DNA of 64,000 nucleotides from Thalia democratica. Lineage: Eukaryota. Where the stretch lies: NCBI GenBank assembly GCA_965202585.1, contig CBDBBG010000090.1, forward strand, positions 1 to 64,000, read 5' to 3'. Positions 13,902 through 25,400 of the stretch are shown here, in pieces. Under the pieces are notes generated by a model. That model saw nothing but the letters and a program-made list of their open reading frames with translations, had not been told where the DNA came from and made no database searches. The first letter of the stretch is position 1; every line of letters starts with the position of its first letter. The translations under genes were made by a program, and so were the position numbers.

Positions 13902-14468
13902 GGGCATAGGGGGGGGGGGGGTTTAACACTTTTTTCACAACTTGATTCAATTTTAAAGAGTTTTATACAAGCTACAAGATGCTTTTTACAGATTTCTAAA
14001 TTTCAAAGTAATTTTTGAGTTTTAGGCGATCAAAGTTGGTGACCGCAACAGGTACCTTAGGGGGGGCGCAAACTAAAATAACAAAAAAAAAATTTTAACA
14101 AAAAAACCAAAAAAAAAATGTTTTTTTGTTTATTTTTTTTTATAAATTTTTTTTTTTGTTTATTGTTTCAAAATCCCTTCTGACAGAATTTTTAAAATAT
14201 GTCAAGGAACATTTCCTGAAAGTTTGAGGTATTTATCTTAAAAAACCTATAAGGAGATAGAATTTTAGTGAAATAGTCTTTTTTCGCAGTTTTAGTTTGT
14301 GCCTCCCAAAAGGAACCTGTTGTAGCCTCCGACTTTGACCGGTCATATATCAAAAGTTATTTTGAATTTCTAAAATCTGTAAAAATTATCTTGTAGCTTA
14401 GTTAAAATAAAGTAAAATAAGATAGAAGAATAAAAAAGGCCTTTTACCCTCCCTCCCCCCCTATGCCC
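13902..14468. mobile_element. Complete palindromic MITE, TTAA TSD, GGGCATAGGGGG TIR
   Basis: TTAA 13898-13901 and 14469-14472; GGGCATAGGGGG...CCCCCCTATGCCC; long inverted arms. Confidence 0.85.
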
Positions 14469-14884
14469 TTAAAATTCAAGGTAAACTGCTAGAGAAAGTT
14501 AGAGAAAACAAAACTGTATTTTCTTTGATGTGAAAAAATTGAGCAAAATAATGTTTTTTACAAACTTATGGGAATCTTTTTTATAAAAGTGGCTATATTG
14601 TAAAAACTAATTGAGTTAAGTCAAATAAAAAAATAAATTTATAATACTTTATTAATGATTATGTTGTTATTTTGTAAATTATTGGATCATCTTTTATGGC
14701 CTTAGTAACTTTCAATACCATTGCTATTATCATTATTGGTTCTACGTAAGAGCCATAAGAAACCAAAAAAATATCACAAAAATTAACAGAGATTCTCAAA
14801 CAAAAAGAAAGTATAAACTACTACCCAATTTTTAAGAATATAAAAAAGTTTATTCAACCATTGAGATAAACTAATTTATTTTAA

Positions 14885-15490
14885 GGCCATATGAGGAGGT
14901 ATGCCATTTTTTTACAAGTTGATTTTATTTTATAAAGTTTTTAATAAGTTTCAAATTGCTTTTTACGATTTTGAAAATTTCAAAAATTTTTGAGATATGA
15001 CCAGTTAAATTTTCAAATTTGGGGCTGTATAACAGGTTCATCATGGTTAGGGAAAACTAAAATAGCAAAATCAGATTATTTTATTCAAAATCTATCTGCT
15101 TAATTTTTCAAGTAATCTTCTTCAAACTTTAACAGTATAATCTTTATACAATAACAAAATGAGTTATGAAGGGTTTTGAAAAATTTTGAGTTAAAGTACT
15201 TTGTTATTAAAAATAAAAAGATTTTTTATTTATTTTCTTTTTTTAATTTTATTTTTCAAAATTATAAAAATTCCTTAATTACAATTTTTTTTATACAAGG
15301 AACATTTCCTGAAAATTTGAAGAAATGGCTTGAAAAATAAAGGAGATAGATTTGTAGTGACTTTTCAAAGTTCTGAGAAAATTGGCCAACAAAATTTGGG
15401 TCCATACACATTTGTATCAAATACTTTTTACAAAAATAACAATATATCTTAAGTTGAACTAGATTTTTCAATTCTGTAAAAACTGGATTG
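14885..15490. mobile_element. Diverged partial copy of TTAA-family palindromic MITE
   Basis: ttaa|GGCCATATGAGGAGG start; shared aagttgattt, aaattgctttttac and aaggaacatttcctgaaa motifs; right terminus decayed. Confidence 0.6.
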
Positions 15491-15755
15491 TAGTTTGTAC
15501 TTATAGCTTAAATATAAAAGCCAAAGTTATTTTTTGTACAAAAAAAAAAAATTAAATAGTAAAAAAATATTTTTTTTGAATGATAGATATTCTTTATCTA
15601 ATAAATATATAAATTTTACATAATCTTTTTTTATCAAAGGTTTTGATTAAATTTTTTCAATTTCAATTTTAAGGTATTTTTAAGTATGAGAAGTGTAAAC
15701 AATCCAAACTATGATCATTGTATTGTTTTTAAAAAAGCCCTGTTAATAAAGTTAT

Positions 15756-15851
15756 GTGGCCTGATGGCATGCCGGTCCAAATGACCACATTAAAAACTCT
15801 CTGAGTTGACGTTGCAGGTTTGAAACCCATGGCCAACACATACAAAAAAAA
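15756..15851 (+). other. Possible tRNA-derived SINE head (degenerate pol III A and B boxes)
   Basis: GTGGCCTGATGG (A-box-like) at 15756, GGTTTGAAACCC (B-box-like) at 15817-15828, short A-run near 15844-15851. No cloverleaf recovered; single copy in window. Confidence 0.3.
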
Positions 15852-15975
15852 GAAACACACCATTAACTAGTAAACACTACTTGAGCAACATTTTAAGTTT
15901 TTAATTAATGTTACTAGGAAAAAAGTGAGATAAGTACCCCCAGAAAACGTTTATCGTTGCAAGGGGTAGAGTTTG

Positions 15976-18133
15976 ATGGATGTCTTTTTTGACCAACTTT
16001 TTGACCAACTTTTGCTAATTTGTTGAATATCAAAGCGAAATTCTGACCAACTTTTAAAATATTCAACTTCATAAGGAACGACTAAAATTTTTAAACAAAC
16101 TTAGTAAAAGGGTTGGTATTTGAAAATAACCTGTAATTGCGCCTACTAGCGGTTATTTTGTTACAACTTAAAATAAAAAAATATAACAAAAATAAAGAAA
16201 AATATAATAATACTAATAATAATAATAAACTTAAAACAAGGGTATAAAAATTATTATTATGCTTTAAAATTTCATACAAAGCTTTGGATCGTACTCAAAA
16301 GTTGCACATTGAAAAAATAATTTGAAAATTTAAGGGTCGGTCGGACCCCATGAAATTTGTAACATAAAATAAAGGTACTAAACGTTATTGTTTTGCTTTG
16401 AAATTTTAAACACAGCTTTAGATCGTACTCAAAAATTGTACGTTGGAAAAATAATTGGAAAATTTGGGGTCAACCGGACCCCGTGAAATTTTGAAAATTG
16501 AATTAAGGTACAAGACATTAGTTTTTTAGTTTGAAATTTTGTACACAGTTTTGGATGGTACTTAACAATAGTACGTCGAAAAAAAATTTAAAAAATTTGG
16601 GGTCAACCGGACCCCGTGAAATTTTGAAAGCTTAATTAAGGTACAGGACGTTAGTTTTTTACTTTGTAATTTTGTACACAGTTTTGGATGGTACTCAACA
16701 ATAATACGTCGAAAAAAAATTCAAAAAATTTGGGGTCAACCGGACCCCGTAAAATTTCGAATGTTAAATTAAGGTACAAGACGTTAGTCTTTAGCTTTAA
16801 TATTTTGTACACAGTTTTGGATCGTAATCAACGATAGTACGTCGAAAATATATTCAAAAAATTTGGGGTCAAACGGACCCCGTGAAATTTTGAATGTTAA
16901 GTTAATGTACAAGACGTTAGTCTTTAGCTTTAATATTTTGTACACAGTTTTGGATGGTAATCAACGATAGTACGTCGAAAATATACTCAAAAAATTTGGG
17001 GTCAACCGGACCCCAAGAAATTTTGAATGTTAAGTTAAGGTACAAGACGTTAGTCTTTAGCTTTAATATTTTGTACACAGTTTTGGATCGTAATCAACGA
17101 TAGTACGTCGAAAATATATTCAAAAAATTTGGGGTCAACCGGACCTCGTGAAATTTTGAATGTTAAGTTAAGGTACAAGACGTTAGTTTTTCGCTTTGTT
17201 ACTTTATACACAGATTCGGATCGTACTCAACGATAGTACGTCGAGATAAAAAACTCAAAAAATTTGGGTTCAAGCCGATCCCGTGAAATTTTGAAAGCTT
17301 AATTAAGGTACAGGACGTTAGTTTTTTGCATTGTAAATTTATACACAGATTTAGATCGTACTCAACAATAGTACGTCGAAAAAAATTTTAATAAATTTGG
17401 GGTCAACCGGACCCCGTGAAATTTTGAATGTTAAATTAAGATACAAGATGTTAGTCTTTAGCTTTGATATTTTGTACACAGTTTTGGATGGTACTTAACA
17501 ATAGTACGTCGAAAAAAAATTTTTTTAATTTGGGGTCAATCGGACCCCGTAAAATTTCGAATGTTAAATTAAGGTAAAAGACGTTAGTCTTTAGCTTTGA
17601 TATTTTGTACACAGTTTTGGATCGTAATCAACGATAGTACGTCGAAAATATATTCAAAAAATTTGGGGTCAACCGGACCCCGTGAAATTTTGAATGTTAA
17701 GTTAAGGTACAAGACGTTAGTCTTTAGCTTTTATATTTTGTACACAGTTTTGGATCGTAATCAACGATAGTTCGTCGAAAAAAAATTTAATAAATTTGGG
17801 GTCAACCGGACCCCGTGAAATTTTGAATGTTAAATTAAGGTACAATATGTTAGTCTTTAGCTTTGTAATTTTATACACAGTTTTGGATCGTAATCAACGA
17901 TAGTACGTTGAAAAAAAAATCAAAAAATTTGGGGTCAACCGGACCCCGTGAAATTACGAATGTTAAGTTAAGGTACAAGACGTTAGTCTTTAGCTTTGAT
18001 ATTTTGTACTGAGTTTTGGATGGTACTTAACAATAGTACGTCGAAAAAAAATTTAATAAATTTGGGGTCAATCGGACCCCGTAAAGTTTCGAATGTTAAA
18101 TTAAGGTACAAGACGTTAGTCTTTAGCTTTGAT
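15976..18133 (+). repeat. Left foldback arm: about 300-bp unique terminus plus 14 x 133-bp tandem units
   Basis: Core GGGGTC-N5-GACCCC recurs at 16334, 16466, 16599, 16732, 16865, 16998, 17131, 17266, 17399, 17532, 17665, 17798, 17931 and 18064. Confidence 0.95.
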
Positions 18134-18869
18134 AGCTTTGAAGTACAAAATTTTTAGTCCTACTTAAATAACTTAAAAAAGCTCCAGCTTTAAACTCTAA
18201 AAACTAAATATATCATTAATTTAGTTCAAAATATACATTAGTTACGTCACAATGTTAGAAACAATGTTACTCAAAAATTTTCTATGCAAGTTTAAAGTAG
18301 TTAAATTAATTCCAGCTAAATAGCAATTTATCAAGTTATAAATTTAATTCAAATACCTTTGTTCATGGTAGTATGTAAGACATTTATTTATTTTTTATTT
18401 ATTACTTAAGCTGATTGTATTTTAAAATCTAGTAGTTTTAACTTTAATACCTAAGTTAAAGTTTTTAATTTATTTAGTAGTTCTAGTACATACAATTTTC
18501 ATGTTTAAGACTCTAAACTTTCTGAATATCATAAGTTACAATTTCTAATTTACCTATGTTTTTTTTTAAATTGTTTTTAACTTAAAGAAGCAGGATTTGA
18601 TTAATTTAATTATAATTAATTGAATAATATTATTGAATATATTTATGATATAATTTTTGATTGTTCATTTTTTTTTTTGCTAATTTTTCAAATTAGGCAG
18701 ATTCTTGTTGTGAGAGACAATTAGCTACATTTTATTAATAATATGATACTATGTTCTGCTTTTAGATAAAATCTATGAGAGATACTTGTTGCAAAAGTAT
18801 ATCTAATAAACAAGATTTATTTTCAGCATAGTAAATTAATAAAACTTATTATGAATATTGTTTTTCAAA

Positions 18870-19060
18870 GTAACAAAAACTTTGTTAGTGCTGCCACAGA
18901 AAGTGGTTTTTTTAAAGAAGTGGATAACAATTTACACAGAGCTTGTATGTTAATATCAAAAAAAGCAGCTCCCCGAGCAAATAAGGACAGACATAAAAGA
19001 AACTGTTTAAGACTAAAGAGGTATTGGAACACGTATAAAAACGAGATACAACAAAAATAT
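18870..19060 (+). CDS. Candidate exon of the element's loop gene (basic, helical; unknown function)
   Basis: Open frame NKNFVSAATESGFFKEVDNNLHRACMLISKKAAPRANKDRHKRNCLRLKRYWNTYKNEIQQKY ending at donor gtaagt (19061). Linkage to neighbouring short exons not resolved. Confidence 0.5.
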
Positions 19061-19820
19061 GTAAGTACAATTACTTAGTATAGTTTTATAAGTTTTGTAG
19101 TAGTTTAATTTAAAGTAATGAGTTTTTGTTTATTCTTTAAACTTTCAATGTTTTAGAGTTTAAGTAATAGTTATTGTTTCAATGTTGTAAATGAGAAAAT
19201 AGACAATAATAGCTAACATTTAAAGTTAAATAACATAACACAGCTTAATTTTTGCAGAGAAGTAGCAGTATTAATAAAAGTGATTCTAGTAAGGTTAGTG
19301 TGATAAAACAGTTATTTTTTACTTAGAGCTAAATTTTATGAGACTTTCCTTACATATAAAACCATGATAAAACAAAGCTTTCTAAACGTGGTGTTATAAC
19401 AATTTCTTAGTAAAGGAAACTATTATTTGTTTATCTACTTTTACAACCTCTAGTATAAGTTAACTTCATTTTTCAGAAAAAAAGCCCTTGTAGTTCTACA
19501 TTTTTTACAGACCAAAGAGACAATTTATATGATATTACTTTTCTATATAATAGTGATATTCGTAAAATTTTGTTAACATAGTCAGCCAGTTTTTAGAAAT
19601 GACTTATTATAACCAGGTAGGTACAGTTTGCAGAGAGAAAGAAATTACAGAACTGAGATCAGGGCAAGGTACTGGTAAGAAATGATTTATTGTGTTTATT
19701 GTTAGAAGTGTTTTTTTAAAAGTTTAATAGATTGGAAAATATAAAATAACATTTGTTTTTAATTAGAAAAATGAAAACTTGAACTTATGCCTTTGATTTT
19801 AAAGTCATGTTTAACATAGT

Positions 19821-20553
19821 ACAATCAGCAGTGGAAAAAGAAGTACAACCAGCTATCAATGGTTGCTTAGTTCATGGAGAAACATCACCATCAGTTCATG
19901 AAGAAATACGACTATCAGTTCATGAAGAAATACCACTATCAGTTCATGAAGAAGTATCACCACCAGTTCATGAAGAAGTATCAACCTCAGTTCATGAAAA
20001 AACATCACCACCACTTCATGAAAGAGTATCACCATCAGTTCATGAAAGAGTATCACCATCAGTTCATGAAGAAGTACCACTATCAGTTCATGAAGAAGTA
20101 TCACTGTCAGTTCACGAAGAAGTATCACCCTCAGTTCATGAAGAAGTATCACCCTCAGTTCATGAAGAAGTATCACTGTCAGTTCATGAAGAAGTATCAC
20201 TGTCAGTTCATGAAGAAGTATCACCACCAGTTCATGAAGAAGTAACACTGTCAGTTCATGAAGAAGTATCACCACCAGTTCATGAAGAAGTATCACTATC
20301 AGTTCATGAAGAAGTGTCACCATCGGTTCATGAAGAAGTATCACCATCGGTTCATGAAGAAGTATCACCATCGGTTCATGAAGAAGTATCACCATCAGTT
20401 CATGAAGAAGTATCACCATCAGTTCATGAAGAAGTATCACCCTCAGTTCATGAAGAAGTATCACCACCACTTCATGAAAGAGTATCACCATCAGTTCATG
20501 AAGAAGTATCACCCTCAGTTCATAATAACAACACAGTAGCTTCATATTTAAAA
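19821..20553 (+). CDS. Exon encoding about 26 tandem SVHEEVS(P/L) octapeptides (loop gene of the foldback element)
   Basis: Acceptor ttaacatag (19820), frame VQSAVEKEVQP..(SVHEEVSP)n..NNNTVASYLK, donor gttagt at 20554 (phase 0); preceded by a 41-nt phase-compatible exon ending at a gtaaga donor near 19673. Confidence 0.7.
19891..20523 (+). repeat. 24-bp minisatellite TCAGTTCATGAAGAAGTATCACCA (about 26 copies)
   Basis: Direct reading of the 24-bp period; variants at the last two codons. Confidence 0.97.
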
Positions 20554-20727
20554 GTTAGTGAGTCGTTGAATAAAATGAATAGTTGCTAATATTGATTAAA
20601 ATTATTAAAGTACTACAACAAATAAGGTTTTTTTTTACTGTACTGTCTTACTGATAGTGACTTATTTTTTTATAGATTATTGCAAATAAAGATAAAGAAG
20701 TTGAAAACTAAAAAATAAGTTGAAACA

Positions 20728-22227
20728 ATCAAATCTAAAGACTAACATATTGTACCTTAATTTAACATTCAAAATTTCACGGGGTCCGGTTGACCCCAAA
20801 CTTATTGAATTTTTTTTCGACGTACTATTGTTGAGTACGATCTAAATCTGTGTATAAATTTACAATGCAAAAAACTAACGTCCTGTACCTTAATTAAGCT
20901 TTCAAAATTTCACGGGGTCGGCTTAAACCCAAATTTTTTGAATTTTTTTTCGACGTACTATCGTTGAGTACGATCCGAATCTGAGTATAAAATATAAAAG
21001 CTAAAGACTAACGATTTGTACCTTAACTTAACATTCAAAATTTCTTGGGGTCCGGTTGACCCCAAATTTTTCGAGTATATTTTCGACGTACTATCGTTGA
21101 TTACGATCCAAAACTGTGTACAAAATATAAAAGCTAAAGACTAACGTCTTGTACCTTAACTTAACATTCAAAATTTCACGGGTACCGGTTGACCCCAAAT
21201 TTTTTGAATATATTTTCGACGTACTATCGTTTGATTACGATCCAAAACTGTGTACAAAATATAAAAGCTAAAGACTAACGTCTTGTACCTTAACTTAACA
21301 TTCAAAATTTCACGGGTACCGGTTGACCCCAATTTTTTTGAATATATTTTCGACGTACTATCATTGATTACGATCCAAAACTGTGTACAAAATATAAAAG
21401 CTAAAGAATAACGTCTTGTACCTTAACTTAACATTCAAAATTTCACGGGTACCGGTTGACCCCAAATTTTTTGAATATATTTTCGACGTACTATCGTTGA
21501 TTACGATCCAAAACTGTGTACAAAATATCAAAGCTTTAGACTAACGTCTTGTACCTTAATTTAACATTCGAAATTTTACGGGGTCCGGTTGACCCCAAAT
21601 TTTTTGAATTTTTTTTGACGTACTATTGTTGAGTACCATCCAAAACTGTGTACAAAATTACAAAGTAAAAAACTAACGTCCTGTACCTTAATTAAGCTTT
21701 CAAAATTTCACGGGGTCCGGTTGACCCCAAATTTTTTGAATTTTTTTTTCGACGTACTATCGTTGAGTATGATCCGAATCTGAGTATAAAATATAAAAGC
21801 TAAAGACTAACGTCTTGTACCTTAACTTAACATTCAAAATTTCACGGGGTCCGGTTGACCCCAAATTTTTTGAATATTTTTTCGACGTACTATCGTTGAG
21901 TACGATCCGAATCTGAGTATAAAATATAAAAGCTAAAGACTAACGTCTTGTACCTTAACTTAACATTCAAAATTTCTTGGGGTCCGGTTGACCCCAAATT
22001 TTTCGAGTATATTTTCGACGTACTATCGTTGATTACGATCCAAAACTGTGTACAAAATATTAAAGCTAAAGACTAACGTCTTGTACCTTAACTTAATATT
22101 CAAAATTTCACGGGGTCCGGTTGACCCCAAATTTTTTGAATATATTTTCGACGTACTATCGTTGATTACGATCCAAAACTGTGTACAAAATATCAAAGCT
22201 AAAGACTAACGTCTTGTACCTTAATTT
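20728..22227 (-). repeat. Internal inverted array of 11 x 133-bp units (inner part of the right foldback arm)
   Basis: Core GGGG(T/A)CCGGTTGACCCC at 20781, 20914, 21047, 21180, 21314, 21447, 21580, 21712, 21846, 21979 and 22112; reverse complement of the left-arm units. Confidence 0.95.
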
Positions 22228-22416
22228 ATATCCAAAATTTAATATCCAAAATCACCAGTCAATACATCAGCTTCTTATTTAAAAGTTATTAAGACATTGA
22301 TTTCTTGTTAATTGCACCAAAAATTAGTTGCTAAAATTAATTTAAGTTTATAAGGTAGTTTAACAAATGTCATTTTTAATTTTTTGTTTCAATGATAATG
22401 ACTTATTTTTTCATAG

Positions 22417-25400
22417 ATCATTGAGAACAAAGATAAAGAAATTGAAAAACTTGAAAAATTGGGTGAACATTTAAAAAGTATTAACCGCAGTTTAGTCAAA
22501 ACGGTTTGTTAATTAAACATAAAACTGTTACAAAAGTTTCTATATCAAATATAATTTAGTTACAGTTTATAAAAAACAAAATAAAACTTTATATACGTTA
22601 AAATGTAGTCAAATAAACTTAATTTCAGGATGAAAAAAAAAACCAACGTAATGTAGAGCTTAGCAAAAAAAATTCTATATTAGAGATAAAGTTGGCAGAG
22701 CTGAAAAAAAAATTTTACAAAGTTGCAAATGAACGGTGTAGTTGTCAGTGTCTTTGTAAATTATAACTAAAGAAAAACATTTTACTTAAGAAAAATTAGT
22801 TTGACTAAAACTATTAAGAAAAATATAATATCTTTAGGAATTTAGTGGACATTTATAACATATACAGATAAACAGTCAAAAACTAGAACATTTAATGTTA
22901 TTTATTGTATTAAATAAACTTAATTTCAGTCTAAAAAACAAAGTGAGTTGAAAACAAAGCGCAACGAAGAACTTACTAGGAAAAATTTATCTTTAAAGAA
23001 AAAGTTTGCAGAGCTGGAAAATAGATGTTTTACTTTGAAAAAGAAGGGTGTCCATGTTAGTTAAACTTCGCCTTTATACCTAAAAAGTAGTATACAAAAT
23101 CAAGAACTTACACAAAAACAAATCTGTTTTACAGTTCAGCGAATCAAACTTACATGAAAGCGAAGAAGAGTTTACAACAACAATTGTTTGTAACGCCAAT
23201 GTTGAGCCAAAAAAAGTTAGTTTTAATTAAAAATGTTATGTTATCTCATATTAGTTTTGTAAAATTACTGAAATTGATTGATTATTTACAAATTTTATAA
23301 ATAAACTTTATCAAATACAAACTTATAGTGCTACAAAGAAAAAGTTAAAATCACGGAGAAAGAATGGTTAAGTATTTTCAATAATAATAAGTTGGTTGTA
23401 GACAAAAAAAAAGATAAATACAAAATGATAAAAACTGATGGAGTAGAGGTTTGTTTTTGTAAAAGATGATGGTAACTGTATAAATTATAACTACTTAAAG
23501 TAAAGTTCTTTTTACGAAGCAGTAGCAGCTTGCTTTTACAAACTTGTAGCAGTAACGTCTAAGTTACTTTTAAAAATAAAAAACTTAAAATAGTAGATTT
23601 AAATAGTAGAAGATTGAAATAGTAGAACAAAACATTTGGTTGTTAGTTTGAACTTTTTCACATGAGTTAAACGTGTTTTTCAAAAATAAATGCTTAAAAT
23701 TCTACTTGCTATGAATTTCAAACCCTAAAATTATAAAGATTGTTAGAAGAAAAATTGCTGAAATTATAAAGCCATGCGTAAAAAACCGTCTAAGACACTG
23801 TTATTTCGTATTCAATGGAAATTATTTCCGCATGATATTCCATTGCACAACTACAAAAGAATGTAAAGTTGTATGGACAGTTTGTGTTTATAAGACGGAA
23901 ATAGTCGTTGAAAGGTCGAAAACTCCTTATCACGATGAAGATCTAGGTGCTTCAATACCAAGATTAACAAAAAAAGTTAAAGGTAAATAGTTCTTAAATT
24001 CTTACAATTTTTTTTTAAATCTTTATATTTTAAACAACCTAACATACAGAAAAAATAGCTGAGTTACTAGATGAAAACGACAGCATAGATTATGTTACAA
24101 GGACAATATCAAACAGATGTAATATTGAAAAGTATTCTGAAGGTTTGTAAAATATAAGCAACTTTTTTTAAAACTAATGCTTGTACCCATAATGTTTAAA
24201 ACATAGTTTTTGTAAATTAATAATGACAAACATATTAAGTTGTTTAGATTTAAATTGTTAACAAAATATTTTTATAGGAAATTGTTCTGGTATGTACACA
24301 AATAAACAAGTAAGAAACGCTAAATACTGCATAAAACAAAAAAGGAAAGAAAATGAGCTGAATTACATAGAAAAAATTGCAGAAGTTAAAAAGAACTTTC
24401 ATTAAAATACAACAAAAACAAAGTAAGTTTAGTTAAAAATATAGAACAAACTGTACATTTATAACAAAACTATATTTAGATTGTAAAAGGAGTAATCCAA
24501 GAGTTTGCTATTTTTCCGTTTCGAATCATATTTCATGAAGAAAATGATTTAAGAATTTTAAAACAAAAACTACGGAAAAAGCCAGAGTCGGTACTGTGCA
24601 TCGACTCAACTTATGGCTTTTTCGATCAAATAGAAAGTCAAAATGTCTACTATACAGTAGCATTAATTCGAGGTTACTTTATTGTTTTTTTAAACTGTAA
24701 TATCAATTAAGAAAAAATCTGAACAATCTGTTTTTATAAAGGAAACGACGGTGAAATATTAAAAAAGTTTAAAACACACAACCACCCACCTTTAACAGTG
24801 TCGAGCATGATCTCAACCAACCTCGACAGAACATCATACAAGCAGTGGCTGGCTGTATTAAAAAGAGATATGGAAAGACTAAAAAGTGAGAGTAAAAAAA
24901 TAGTTGATAATACTGTTAACAGTTAAAATTCATTAAACAACTTTTAGGTAAGGAAGTGAAAAGGGTAGAATGCGATTGTAGCTACCCTATACTTCACGCA
25001 GTGTGTGAGCAATTCAATGGCACCACGCTAGACCTATACCTGAAACTATGCTACATGATTTTGCATAGTGATGGTAAGTCTTTAGGGTTAATTTGTGTGA
25101 CTATTTTGTTAAGTAACAAATTTTATTTTTTAGAAAAACAACTTCTGTTTGATTCGTATATGAAATGTGCTGTTCATGTTTGCGGTGCGCACAACATGAA
25201 CAGCATGAAACGGTTCTTTACAAGACATGAGGTTGAAGATAGCGAAGTGAAAACCTTCCTTATGACCATATTTTGTCGTATTCTAACATGTAAAGAGTAT
25301 GACACAATAAAATATATATTCGAAAAAGTTTGTATATTGACTACTAGTGAAAGTGAGTTTTTTTTTTTTTACAATTTATATTTGATAAGGAAATATTCAC

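Noticed and set aside
14680-14750. Possible hydrophobic plus-strand exon ending at gtaaga
   Set aside because: No clear acceptor, two frames equally open, and no partner exons.
16091-16279. 62-aa ORF repeated at 28816-29004
   Set aside because: Low-complexity AT-rich frame inside the TIR; identical only because the arms are inverted copies.
19856-20545. Alternative-frame and antisense ORFs (ELMVILLH, MKKYHHQF repeats)
   Set aside because: By-products of a 24-bp unit lacking stops in those frames; only the SVHEEV frame has matching splice sites.
16334-22227. 133-bp arrays as a CRISPR array
   Set aside because: Whole units repeat with no unique spacers, there are no cas genes, the context is eukaryotic, and the arrays are arms of a TSD-bounded transposon.
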